From Candidatus Parcubacteria bacterium (GTDB lineage Bacteria; Patescibacteriota; Minisyncoccia; UBA6257; 2-01-FULL-56-20), in contig DAIDLF010000035.1 in the NCBI GenBank assembly GCA_027449645.1, forward strand, positions 1 to 37,332: a stretch of 37,332 nucleotides of DNA, written 5' to 3'. A program made the position numbers and the translations under genes. The stretch's first letter is position 1. Each line of letters opens with the position of its first letter. The notes beneath the pieces are model-generated. The model had not been told where the DNA came from. It did not search any database and saw only the letters and a list, made by a program, of their open reading frames with translations. Below, piece by piece: positions 25,001-33,161 of this stretch.

Positions 25001-26362
25001 ATGCCCCCCACCAAAAAGTCATTATTGAAGCTTCCGCCGCAGAACCTGGAAGCCGAGCAGGCCGTGCTCGGTGCGGTGCTCATCGACAAGAACGCCATCT
25101 TCAGCGTTGCGGACCTTTTGGTGCCCAACGATTTCTATCTTCCCCAGCACGAACGGATCTACGAGGCCATTCTCGTACTCTACGAGAAACATCAGCCGAT
25201 TGACGTGCTCTCCCTCACTACCTACCTCAAAGACAAAGAGCTCCTGAAGGACGTGGGCGGGTCCACATACCTCGCCGACCTCCCGAACCAGGTCTCGAGC
25301 GCCGCGCACGTCAAGCACTACGCCACGATCGTGAAAGAGAAAAAGGTCCTGCGCGACCTCGTGAAGGCGTCAGCGGAGATCGCGGAGAATGTCTTTTCAA
25401 ACGGCGGCGAAGTGGAAGACCTTTTGGACGACGTGGAACAGAAGATCCTCTCGATCTCGCAGAAATCGCTGCCCCAGAACTTTACGGCATTGAAAGACGA
25501 CCTTGCGACCGCATACGAGCGCATCGCAAACCTCCACGCCGGCGGCGGAAAGCTGCGCGGCGTGCCTACGGGATTCCCCCAGCTTGACGAGACGCTCTCC
25601 GGCCTCCAAAAATCGGAGCTCGTCATCCTCGGCGCGCGCCCGTCGGTCGGCAAGACATCGCTCGCGCTCGACATCGCCCGCAACGCCGCGCGGGCGGGCT
25701 TCACCGTCGGCGTTTTCTCCCTGGAAATGTCCCGCGAACAGCTTCAGGACCGCATTATCTCGTCGGAATCGCAGGTGCCGCTGTGGAACATCCTTACGGG
25801 CCGCATCAGCAACGACAACGAGTTCGCCATGATCCAGGGCGCCCTGGACCGGCTTTCCGGCATCAAGCTCTTCATCGATGATTCGCCGTCGCTTAACGTG
25901 CTCCAGATGCGCTCCATGGCCCGGCGCCTCCAGGTGGAGCACGGCCTCGACCTGCTCGTCATCGACTATCTCCAGCTTATCCGCCCGCGCATCTCGAGCG
26001 ACAACATGGTAAACATGATCACGGAAATCTCGCGCGGCCTCAAAGCCCTCGCGCGCGAGCTCAAGGTGCCGGTGGTCGCCCTCTCCCAGCTCTCACGCGG
26101 CCTCGAACAGCGCGACCACAAAGTGCCACGCCTTTCCGACCTCCGCGATTCCGGGTCCATCGAGCAGGATGCGGACGTCGTCATGTTCCTCTACCGCGAA
26201 GAGACGAACGCCGACTCTGCGGCGGCCGGCGACAGCACCGTCCATCTGCGCATCGCCAAGCACCGCAACGGCCCCCTGCGCGACATCGACCTCTACTTTG
26301 ATTCCGAACGGGCGACCTTCAAGACGATCGAGAAGCGGTACGACGAGTTGCCAGCGCTGTAG
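25001..26362 (+). CDS. dnaB: Replicative DNA helicase DnaB
   Basis: PQNLEAEQAVLGAVL, Walker A GARPSVGKTSLAL, IDYLQL, LSQLSR. Confidence 0.96.
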   Translation: MPPTKKSLLKLPPQNLEAEQAVLGAVLIDKNAIFSVADLLVPNDFYLPQHERIYEAILVLYEKHQPIDVLSLTTYLKDKELLKDVGGSTYLADLPNQVSSAAHVKHYATIVKEKKVLRDLVKASAEIAENVFSNGGEVEDLLDDVEQKILSISQKSLPQNFTALKDDLATAYERIANLHAGGGKLRGVPTGFPQLDETLSGLQKSELVILGARPSVGKTSLALDIARNAARAGFTVGVFSLEMSREQLQDRIISSESQVPLWNILTGRISNDNEFAMIQGALDRLSGIKLFIDDSPSLNVLQMRSMARRLQVEHGLDLLVIDYLQLIRPRISSDNMVNMITEISRGLKALARELKVPVVALSQLSRGLEQRDHKVPRLSDLRDSGSIEQDADVVMFLYREETNADSAAAGDSTVHLRIAKHRNGPLRDIDLYFDSERATFKTIEKRYDELPAL

Positions 26363-26385
26363 CGATTCCTGTATCCTTTCTTTAT

Positions 26386-26991
26386 ATGATGAAACTCCCC
26401 GACCCGGTGCAGAAGGTGGTGGACAATCTCTCGGACCTCCCCTCCATCGGGCCGCGCCAGGCGGTCCGGCTGGCGTTCTACCTGCTTGGCGAAAAGAAGG
26501 AATCGCTGCGCGTGCTCGCGGAGAGCATCGACGGGCTTCGCGGCATCAAGACCTGCACGCGGTGCTTTTTCATCCATCAGCGCGAAGGCGACCTCTGCGA
26601 CATCTGCGCAAACCCGGCGCGCAACCCGCGCATCATCATGGTGGTGGAGAAGGAAACGGACCTGCTCTCGCTCGAGAACACGAAGAAGTTCACCGGCCGC
26701 TATTTCATATGCGGCCCCATCCCCAAAACGGGATTCATCGAGCCATGGCAGAAGACGCGCCTGGAGAGCCTGAAACGCCATATTGAGGAAGGGCTCGGCG
26801 GGCAGGCGGACGAGATCATTCTCGCCTTCAACCCGACGACGCTCGGCGACTTCCAGACATCGCTCATCATGAAAGAGCTTGTGCCGCTCGCAAAAAAAAT
26901 AAGCCGCCTCGGGCGCGGATTGCCCACGGGCGGTGAGATTGAATTTGCCGACGATGAAACGCTCGGCAGCGCGCTGGAGCGGAGAGGATAA
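26386..26991 (+). CDS. recR: Recombination protein RecR
   Basis: HhH region LPSIGPRQAVRLAFYLL, zinc finger CTRC...CDIC, and a Toprim region (IIMVVEKETDLLSLE). Confidence 0.93.
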   Translation: MMKLPDPVQKVVDNLSDLPSIGPRQAVRLAFYLLGEKKESLRVLAESIDGLRGIKTCTRCFFIHQREGDLCDICANPARNPRIIMVVEKETDLLSLENTKKFTGRYFICGPIPKTGFIEPWQKTRLESLKRHIEEGLGGQADEIILAFNPTTLGDFQTSLIMKELVPLAKKISRLGRGLPTGGEIEFADDETLGSALERRG

Positions 26992-27024
26992 GGTGCGCGG
27001 CGGCGGCAATCCCAGGGCATATAT

Positions 27025-27060
27025 GAACCCTCCGCTCGGGTCGAAGGCGAGGGAGGGTTC
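27025..27060 (+). other. Strong stem-loop downstream of recR (possible terminator or translational element)
   Basis: GAACCCTCC(G)CTCG-ggtcgaagg-CGAGGGAGGGTTC forms 13 bp with one bulge. The sequence that follows is only moderately T-rich. Confidence 0.45.
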
Positions 27061-27261
27061 GCTATGAGATTGTGTTCTCTTTGGTTGGATTGGTTGACCG
27101 GGGCAGTGCGCGGGTGGTCGTGATATGGGTCATATCGTCCCGGGCGCCCCATGGTGGTTCATAGGCGTAATGGATCTGTTTTTTGTGGTGTGTACCGACC
27201 TTTGCTGACATCCATTACTACATCCCCATGCGGCGTTTCTTTCGCCTGTCCGCGCCGCGCG

Positions 27262-27924
27262 TCACGGCATCTGCTGGAGGCCGAACGCCTCGATATCGCC
27301 GCTCGCATCGCGGCCGCCGAACACCACGATGGTGTCGCCGATCCGGAAGGCGCGCGGCATATTGCCCTGCGGCACGACCACCGTAGAGGTGATCCCGCTC
27401 GGGTCGGCGATGACGATGGTGTCGGAACCGACGGTGATCACGTCGCCGCGATGGATGCCGTGCGGCTCCTGCAGCTCATAGGTATAAAACTGGCCTACCC
27501 AGGGAAGATTTCTCGCGCTATAGGCAAGCACCTGCTTATGGAACGACGTCGCCGCCACAAAGAAGCTCGCCAACACGATAAGGAATACGAAAGATGCGAG
27601 CGCATAGATCAAGGGGCGGTGATAGACGAATTCATAGTGATTGAGGAGCCCCGCAAGGATAAGGATGAGCACGAGCGCGAGCAGCAGCAGCCCCCACGGC
27701 AGGCCCTCGAAGAAAAGGAGCCATCCGTTCCATCCGAAGTTCGGGGCAAGGGAGATGCCGTTCTGCCCCAGCGCGAAGATGATGAAGCTCACCAGATAGA
27801 GCAGGGCCGCGAAAAGGATGATGACCGCGAGGGTCAGCAGGCCCGAACGGGCCGCGAAAAACCAGCGCGAACGCATCTTCGCCTGCTCGCACCGCACGAT
27901 GATATTTTCTTCCAGGTCTTCCAT
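27262..27924 (-). CDS. Membrane protein co-transcribed with the ECF sigma factor (putative anti-sigma/regulatory partner)
   Basis: It starts 16 nt after the sigma-gene stop. It has a short cytoplasmic N-terminus, about 4 TM helices and a beta-rich C-terminal domain. No HxxxCxxC anti-sigma motif is present, so the role is positional inference. Confidence 0.55.
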   Translation of the reverse strand: MEDLEENIIVRCEQAKMRSRWFFAARSGLLTLAVIILFAALLYLVSFIIFALGQNGISLAPNFGWNGWLLFFEGLPWGLLLLALVLILILAGLLNHYEFVYHRPLIYALASFVFLIVLASFFVAATSFHKQVLAYSARNLPWVGQFYTYELQEPHGIHRGDVITVGSDTIVIADPSGITSTVVVPQGNMPRAFRIGDTIVVFGGRDASGDIEAFGLQQMP

Positions 27925-27940
27925 GGCGATTATTATTACA

Positions 27941-28498
27941 TCACGGGTCCACGATTTTTTTCAACATGGCCTTTCCGCGCTGGAGCCGCACCCCGACCGT
28001 GGAGATGGGGATCCGCAGCACATCGGCGATCTCGCGGTAATCCAGCTCCTCAAAGTAATACAATACGAGCGGCTCCTTGTACTTCGCCGGGATGGCGTCC
28101 AGCGAGCGCTCCAGCATGGCTTTCAGCTCGCCCTGGCGCGCGGGGCTGTCCGCGGTCTCTTTGGCGCTCAGGTGCGGGAACAGCACGTCAAAATCAAAAA
28201 GCGACACGCTCATGGTCCCGCGCTCCTTGGTGCGTTTTTTGAGGGCGTTCACGAACTCATTGTGGGCGATGCGGTAAAGCCAGGGAGAAAAGCGCCTGTC
28301 GGCGTCAAAGCTCCGAATATTGACATACGCCTTCACGAACACGTCCTGCACGAGATCTTTTGCGTCATCGGCATCAAAAAGGAACCGCCGGGCATAGCGA
28401 ACCAACTTCGGCTCATAGCGTTCGACGATCACCCTGAACGCGTCGAGTTCGCCGTGCTGGACCGCAGCGGCGACCGCTTCGTCGTTTCTTTCGTCCAT
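27941..28498 (-). CDS. ECF-type RNA polymerase sigma factor (sigma-70 family, group 4)
   Basis: 185 aa. Region 2 reads DAKDLVQDVFVKAY...FSPWLYRIAHNEFVN. Region 4 reads EPLVLYYFEELDYREIADVLRIPISTVGVRLQRGKAML. Confidence 0.9.
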   Translation of the reverse strand: MDERNDEAVAAAVQHGELDAFRVIVERYEPKLVRYARRFLFDADDAKDLVQDVFVKAYVNIRSFDADRRFSPWLYRIAHNEFVNALKKRTKERGTMSVSLFDFDVLFPHLSAKETADSPARQGELKAMLERSLDAIPAKYKEPLVLYYFEELDYREIADVLRIPISTVGVRLQRGKAMLKKIVDP

Positions 28499-28506
28499 AC
28501 TGGTAA

Positions 28507-28532
28507 TACGCGCGCCGCGCGGATAATGTTTC
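28507..28532 (-). promoter_or_regulatory. Candidate ECF-type autoregulatory promoter GAAAC-N17-CGTA
   Basis: The minus strand reads cGAAACattatccgcgcggcgcgCGTAttaccagtATG. This resembles the (T)GAAAC-N16/17-CGTA class of ECF promoters. CGTA ends 8 nt before the sigma-gene ATG. Confidence 0.35.
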
Positions 28533-28558
28533 GGATGGTGCCCTGCGGCGCCTGAAAA

Positions 28559-28567
28559 TGCTACAAT
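28559..28567 (+). promoter_or_regulatory. Extended -10 (TGcTACAAT) 8 nt upstream of the Trx-like gene ATG
   Basis: The plus strand reads AAATGCTACAATggagcaatATG. Alternatively, the GGAG could act as a closely spaced SD if transcription starts further upstream. Confidence 0.4.
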
Positions 28568-28575
28568 GGAGCAAT

Positions 28576-29004
28576 ATGCCGTACCGTACCGAGCCCACTC
28601 CCCAGCAGAAAAAGGACCTCCGGCGCATCAGGATCACGACCGGCATCCTGTTTGTGATCTCCATCGGCCTTGCGGTCTTCATTTATATGGAAAATCTTCC
28701 GCCGCCGGCGCATCTCTACGATTCCCTTGCGCACTGCATCACGCAAAGCGGGGCCACGTTCTATGGCGCGTTCTGGTGCCCGCACTGCCGCGACCAGAAA
28801 ACCAAGTTCGGCACCGGCGCGCAATACCTCCCCTATCACGAATGTTCGCTCCCTAACGGGTCCGGAGAAACCCAGGAATGCATCGATGCCGGCATCACGA
28901 ACTATCCGACCTGGGTATTCAAGGACGGCTCGCGGATAGAAGGCTCCCAACCGCCCTCCGTGCTCGCGCAAAGGACCGGATGCCCCATGCCCACCTCGAC
29001 CTAA
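28576..29004 (+). CDS. Membrane-anchored thioredoxin-fold thiol:disulfide oxidoreductase (CPHC active site)
   Basis: N-terminal TM (ITTGILFVISIGLAVFIY), then FYGAFWCPHCRDQKTKFG. This strongly resembles the Trx-like domains associated with VKOR/DsbB systems. Confidence 0.8.
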   Translation: MPYRTEPTPQQKKDLRRIRITTGILFVISIGLAVFIYMENLPPPAHLYDSLAHCITQSGATFYGAFWCPHCRDQKTKFGTGAQYLPYHECSLPNGSGETQECIDAGITNYPTWVFKDGSRIEGSQPPSVLAQRTGCPMPTST

Positions 29005-29025
29005 TCGTGCTATACTGTCACCATA

Positions 29026-29607
29026 ATGACCCCTCTCGTACAGGCCGTCACTGACTTCCTCTCCTTCGGCACCGTCCTTGCCGATATTCTTGCGCTCGCC
29101 CTCTTCATCATCATCCTCGGGTCCTTCCAGAACAAAGGCTGGGGAAAGAAGCTCGCGGATTTTTTCGGCGGGAACGCCCTGCTCTTTTCGTTTCTGCTTG
29201 CGGCGGGAGGCACCGTGGCCAGCCTGTTCTATTCCCAATTCGCCCACTTTGCGCCCTGCGAGCTCTGCTGGATCCAGCGCGGGTTCCTCTATACGCAGGC
29301 AGTCATCCTGCTCGTCGCCATGCTTGCCCGCAAAGCGGAAAAAGTGAGGCTCTACGATAAAATCGTGGAGAAGGCATGCCTCGCCCTCTCCTGCTGCGGT
29401 TTCGCCGTCGCTTTCTATAACACGTACCTCCAGCTCGGCGGGGGTGCCATCATCCCCTGCTCCGCCATCGGACCAAGCTGCCAATACGTCTACTTTATCG
29501 AGTACGGCTACGTGACCATCCCCACGATGTCGCTCACCGCCTTTGCGCTCATCCTGCTCTTTATGCTGCTCCGGAAGAGCGAGGAGGACGAAAAGCGGGA
29601 GAAATAG
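29026..29607 (+). CDS. DsbB/BdbC-family disulfide bond formation protein
   Basis: Four TM helices, with the first periplasmic Cys pair in the BdbC-type motif PCELCWIQRGFLY and the second pair in PCSAIGPSC. Confidence 0.8.
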   Translation: MTPLVQAVTDFLSFGTVLADILALALFIIILGSFQNKGWGKKLADFFGGNALLFSFLLAAGGTVASLFYSQFAHFAPCELCWIQRGFLYTQAVILLVAMLARKAEKVRLYDKIVEKACLALSCCGFAVAFYNTYLQLGGGAIIPCSAIGPSCQYVYFIEYGYVTIPTMSLTAFALILLFMLLRKSEEDEKREK

Positions 29608-29609
29608 AA

Positions 29610-29643
29610 AAGAGGCCGCGATGCGATAGCACCACAGCCTCTT
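29610..29643. terminator. Possible bidirectional terminator between the convergent DsbB-like gene and the orphan gene
   Basis: AAGAGGC (29610-29616) pairs with GCCTCTT (29637-29643) around a 20-nt loop. On the minus strand it is followed by TTCTATTTCTC. The large loop makes this weak. Confidence 0.35.
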
Positions 29644-29677
29644 GCTGACCTCCTTTCGATATTGTTGTTATTGCCCC

Positions 29678-30172
29678 TCATCCCATGGCAGGTTCGGGAA
29701 CGAATGCGCCGCGGCCCATCGCTGCCGTAACGCGTCGCGCGTTGATGCTTTCGCGCCGCTCAGCATCCTGCCGGTTCCGCCGCGCTGAGGCATAGGCGCG
29801 TTCGGCGAGCACGATGCCGTTCAACGCCTCACGCCGCAGGCGCGGATTCATCATGCGGTGCGCCGCGTCGCGTGCCCGGGGAAATTCGCCCACTTCCACC
29901 GCAACCTGGACAATGCTCTTCAGGGCCCGGTCACAGCCCGCCGGATCGGCTTTCTTCAGGCACCGGCACATGTCCAGTGCCAGCTGAAGATCCGCGGCCT
30001 TGCGCGACTTCTGAAAAAGCTCCAAGCACACCTCGACCCGCAATGCCCGGTCCGAGATCTTGGGGACCGCAATGCGCACCTGGTTGAGGTCGGAACTTTT
30101 TCCCTGCATCAGAGCCAGCACCGACGAGGCTGCCGACCCGCACTCCAACAAAAGAACCTTCGTTGCCTTCAT
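29678..30172 (-). CDS. Hypothetical protein (164 aa), alpha-helical, six Cys; orphan transcription unit
   Basis: Start set at MKATKVLLLECGS (ATG 30172), preceded by AAGGGAacaa. It has its own promoter and a structured leader. No family recognised. Confidence 0.5.
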   Translation of the reverse strand: MKATKVLLLECGSAASSVLALMQGKSSDLNQVRIAVPKISDRALRVEVCLELFQKSRKAADLQLALDMCRCLKKADPAGCDRALKSIVQVAVEVGEFPRARDAAHRMMNPRLRREALNGIVLAERAYASARRNRQDAERRESINARRVTAAMGRGAFVPEPAMG

Positions 30173-30267
30173 TTGTTCCCTTTCTTGGGTGGTGTTCGTT
30201 GGGGTTGACCGGGAAGCGAATTCCCGGAAATAACAAAGCGCCAAACATGCTGGCGCCGCTGCCTTTA

Positions 30268-30296
30268 TTGATATCACGCCGTACCCAGGCCGTCAA
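30268..30296 (-). promoter_or_regulatory. Candidate promoter TTGACG-17-TGaTATCAA for the orphan gene
   Basis: The minus strand reads TTGACGgcctgggtacggcgtgaTATCAA, followed by a ~95-nt leader containing two hairpins (30238-30256 and 30209-30227). Confidence 0.4.
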
Positions 30297-30321
30297 TCAA
30301 CCCTTGCAGGCGGCACGGAGG

Positions 30322-30350
30322 TTGGAAAAATGCGCCGACTCCGCTATAAT
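30322..30350 (+). promoter_or_regulatory. tig promoter TTGGAA-17-TATAAT, 9 nt upstream of the ATG
   Basis: The plus strand reads TTGGAAaaatgcgccgactccgcTATAATgagcgcactATG. Confidence 0.55.
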
Positions 30351-30359
30351 GAGCGCACT

Positions 30360-31421
30360 ATGGCACAATCCTATACCAACCTGAAGAAACTTTCGGACAA
30401 ACACGGCGAAATAGAATTCCAGGCGGAGATCGCCGCAGAGGCCCTCGAAGCGCGCACCGCAGAGGAACTCGCGCGCGCGGCGGAACAGTTTGCCATGCCC
30501 GGATTCCGCAAGGGCAAGGTCCCTCACCATGTGGTGCGCGAATATGTGGGCGAGATGGACCTCTTGGAGGACGCCGCCGAGGAGGCGCTCCGCGAGGCCA
30601 TGCAGGAGATCGCCGCAGACGAAAAACTGGACGTCATCGGACGGCCCCAGCTCACCGTGACCAAGCTCGCGCCGGGCAATCCGGTGGAGTTCAAGATCCG
30701 CTACGCCCTCGCACCGGAAGTATCGCTCCCCGACTACAAAAAGATCGCGCGGACCATCGGCGAAAAGCAGGATGACGACGCCGTGACGGAAGCGGAGATA
30801 GACGAGGCGGTCACCCGCATCCGCACCATGATCGCACCGCAGGCGGAAGGCGAGAAGCAGGAACTCCCGCCGCTCACCGACGAGGACGTGAAGAAGTTCG
30901 GCCCGTTCAATACCGTCGCCGACTTCCGGGTACAGCTCAAACGGAGCCTGGAACAGGAAAAGGCGTTCAACCAGAAGGAGATGAAGCGCGACCTCATGAT
31001 CAAGGAGATCGTGAAGGCGGCCAAGGCGAAAATCCCGGCGATGATCGTGGAACAGGAGTATGGCGAGTTCGTGCACGACCGCGACGAACAGCTCGAGCGC
31101 GCCAAAATGCCGCTCGAGGCGTACCTCAAGGAAAGCGGCAAGACGGCAGAGGCCATGGAAAAGGAGGAACGGGAGATCATCGAGAACGATATCAAGACCA
31201 GCCTCGTGATCCAGGCGATCCGCACCAAAGAGAACCTTGCGCCGGAAGAGCGCGAAGTGCAGATCCAGATCGCCCAGCTCAAGCTGCGCTACCCGGACCG
31301 CGACGAGGCCACCCTGCGGCGCACCGCGCAGGCGCTCGTGCTCCAGGAAAAGCTCTTTGCCCTTCTTGAAGGGACCCCGAGTGCGAAAGGAGAGGAGGAA
31401 ACCGCGCCGGAAGCCGCATAA
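30360..31421 (+). CDS. tig: Trigger factor lacking the FKBP-type PPIase domain
   Basis: The ribosome-binding signature is PGFRKGKVPHHVV in the N-domain. The C-terminal arm domain is present. The sequence runs from ...TRIRTMIAPQAEGEKQ directly into ELPPLTDEDVKKFG, where the PPIase domain normally sits. 353 aa. Confidence 0.85.
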   Translation: MAQSYTNLKKLSDKHGEIEFQAEIAAEALEARTAEELARAAEQFAMPGFRKGKVPHHVVREYVGEMDLLEDAAEEALREAMQEIAADEKLDVIGRPQLTVTKLAPGNPVEFKIRYALAPEVSLPDYKKIARTIGEKQDDDAVTEAEIDEAVTRIRTMIAPQAEGEKQELPPLTDEDVKKFGPFNTVADFRVQLKRSLEQEKAFNQKEMKRDLMIKEIVKAAKAKIPAMIVEQEYGEFVHDRDEQLERAKMPLEAYLKESGKTAEAMEKEEREIIENDIKTSLVIQAIRTKENLAPEEREVQIQIAQLKLRYPDRDEATLRRTAQALVLQEKLFALLEGTPSAKGEEETAPEAA

Positions 31422-31439
31422 ACGCTTTTCCCCTGCTCC

Positions 31440-31448
31440 TGCTATAAT
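31440..31448 (+). promoter_or_regulatory. Extended -10 (TGcTATAAT) upstream of the SDR-obg unit (32-nt leader)
   Basis: The plus strand reads CCTGCTATAAT, followed by 32 nt without a clear SD before ATG 31481. Confidence 0.45.
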
Positions 31449-31480
31449 AGAAGCAAGGAAACCCCTCATCACCCACCACC

Positions 31481-32179
31481 ATGGAAATCAAAGATAAAAT
31501 TGCCGTCGTTACGGGAGCCTCGGAAGGCATCGGAAAGGCCATCGCGGAACAGCTTGCGGCGCACGGCGCGAAGGTCGTGCTTGCGGCGCGGAACGACGAG
31601 AAGATCGCGGCGCTTGCCCACGAGCTCAAGGATGCGCTTGCCGTGCATACCGATATGGCGAATCCGGCGGATATCCAGAACCTCATTGACCGCACCCTGG
31701 AGGTCTATGGCCGCATCGACATCCTCGTAAACAATGCGGGCGTCGGTATGTACGGTCCCATGGAGGCGGTCAATATGGACGAATACCGCCACATGATGAA
31801 CGTGAACGTGTTCGGCCCGGTCCATGCCATGGAGTTCGCCATCCCCCATATGCGCGCCCAGGGCGGCGGCATGATCGTGAACATCAGCTCCCGCGTCTCC
31901 AAGAACTATTATCCGAATCTCGCGGCCTACGCCTCCACCAAATATGCCCTCAACGCGATCTCGCTCACGGCGCGCGAAGAACTCGCCAAGGACCACATTG
32001 TGGTCTCGGTGATGCATCCCAAGATAACCGCCACCGGGTTTGGGAAGAACGCCATGGGCACGCCGATGGATTCCGTTGAGCGCGCCCGCGCGAACGGCAT
32101 GCCGATCGATACCGCGGAACAGGTCGCCGAAAGGACCATTGCCCTGATTGAATCGGAGGAGCCGGAGGCGGAAATGTAA
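31481..32179 (+). CDS. Short-chain dehydrogenase/reductase (SDR) family oxidoreductase
   Basis: TGASEGIGKA (the TGxxxGxG motif), NNAG and YASTKYA (the YxxxK motif). Confidence 0.9.
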   Translation: MEIKDKIAVVTGASEGIGKAIAEQLAAHGAKVVLAARNDEKIAALAHELKDALAVHTDMANPADIQNLIDRTLEVYGRIDILVNNAGVGMYGPMEAVNMDEYRHMMNVNVFGPVHAMEFAIPHMRAQGGGMIVNISSRVSKNYYPNLAAYASTKYALNAISLTAREELAKDHIVVSVMHPKITATGFGKNAMGTPMDSVERARANGMPIDTAEQVAERTIALIESEEPEAEM

Positions 32180-32195
32180 GGCCGCGCGCACCATC

Positions 32196-33158
32196 ATGCT
32201 CATCGACGACGTCACCATCCGCATATCCGCCGGGCACGGGGGCAAGGGCTCCGCGGCTTTTAATAAAACACTGATGTCGCTCGGCCCCGCAGGCGGGAGC
32301 GGCGGCAAGGGCGGCAGCGTCTATGCCGAGGGCATATCCGACCTTTCGGGGCTCGGCCAGTTCCGCTTCAAGAAGGAATTCACCGCGGAAGACGGCGAGG
32401 ACGGCCGAGGCCAGTTCCGCGACGGCCACGTCGGCAAAGACCTCATCTTGAAGCTGCCCGTCGGCACCATCGCGCACAACCTTACGAACGGCACCGATAT
32501 CGAGATCGCCAAGGTCGGCGAGCGCATCCTGCTCGCCAAAGGCGGCATCGGCGGCAAGGGCAACTTCCAGTTCCGCTCCGCCACCAACACCTCCCCCACC
32601 CAGACGCAGGGCGGCCGCCCCGGCGAAAGCTTCGAATTCCGCCTGGAGCTCAAGTTCATCGCGGACGTCGGCTTTGTGGGCCTTCCGAACGTGGGCAAAT
32701 CGAGCCTGCTCAACCAGCTCACGAATGCCAACAGCAAGGTGGCGAACTACGCCTTCACCACGCTCGAGCCGAACCTCGGCAGCTATTATTCGCTCATCCT
32801 CGCCGATATCCCCGGATTGATCGAGGGCTCATCGTCCGGCAAAGGGCTCGGGATAAAATTCCTGCGCCACATCGAGCGCACGCGGACGCTCTTCCATTTC
32901 ATTTCGGCGGAATCCTCTTCGCCAGTCGCGGACTACCGCACCATCCGCAAGGAGCTCGGCGCCTACAACAAGGCGCTTCTCAAGAAGCCGGAACACCTTT
33001 TTTTGACGAAATCCGATGCGGTGGAGGAAAAAGACCTGCGTGCAAAATTGGCGAAACTTAAAAAGATCGATCCGAAAGCGATCGCCATTTCCATCATCGA
33101 CGACGAAAGCATCAAGAAGGTGCAGACGCTCCTGAACTCCATAGCCAAGAAGAAATAA
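32196..33158 (+). CDS. obg: GTPase Obg/CgtA
   Basis: Gly-rich Obg fold (AGHGGKGSAAF, GGSGGKGGSV, GGIGGKGN). G domain GLPNVGKSSLLN, DIPGLIEG, TKSD. Start set at MLIDDVTI (32196). Confidence 0.93.
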   Translation: MLIDDVTIRISAGHGGKGSAAFNKTLMSLGPAGGSGGKGGSVYAEGISDLSGLGQFRFKKEFTAEDGEDGRGQFRDGHVGKDLILKLPVGTIAHNLTNGTDIEIAKVGERILLAKGGIGGKGNFQFRSATNTSPTQTQGGRPGESFEFRLELKFIADVGFVGLPNVGKSSLLNQLTNANSKVANYAFTTLEPNLGSYYSLILADIPGLIEGSSSGKGLGIKFLRHIERTRTLFHFISAESSSPVADYRTIRKELGAYNKALLKKPEHLFLTKSDAVEEKDLRAKLAKLKKIDPKAIAISIIDDESIKKVQTLLNSIAKKK

Positions 33159-33161
33159 TTG

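Noticed and set aside
27125-27208. 27-codon hydrophobic ORF (MGHIVPGAPWWFIGVMDLFFVVCTDLC) in the recR-downstream gap.
   Set aside because: There is no convincing SD or -10 in front of it, it overlaps predicted RNA structure, and it is too short to evaluate from sequence alone.
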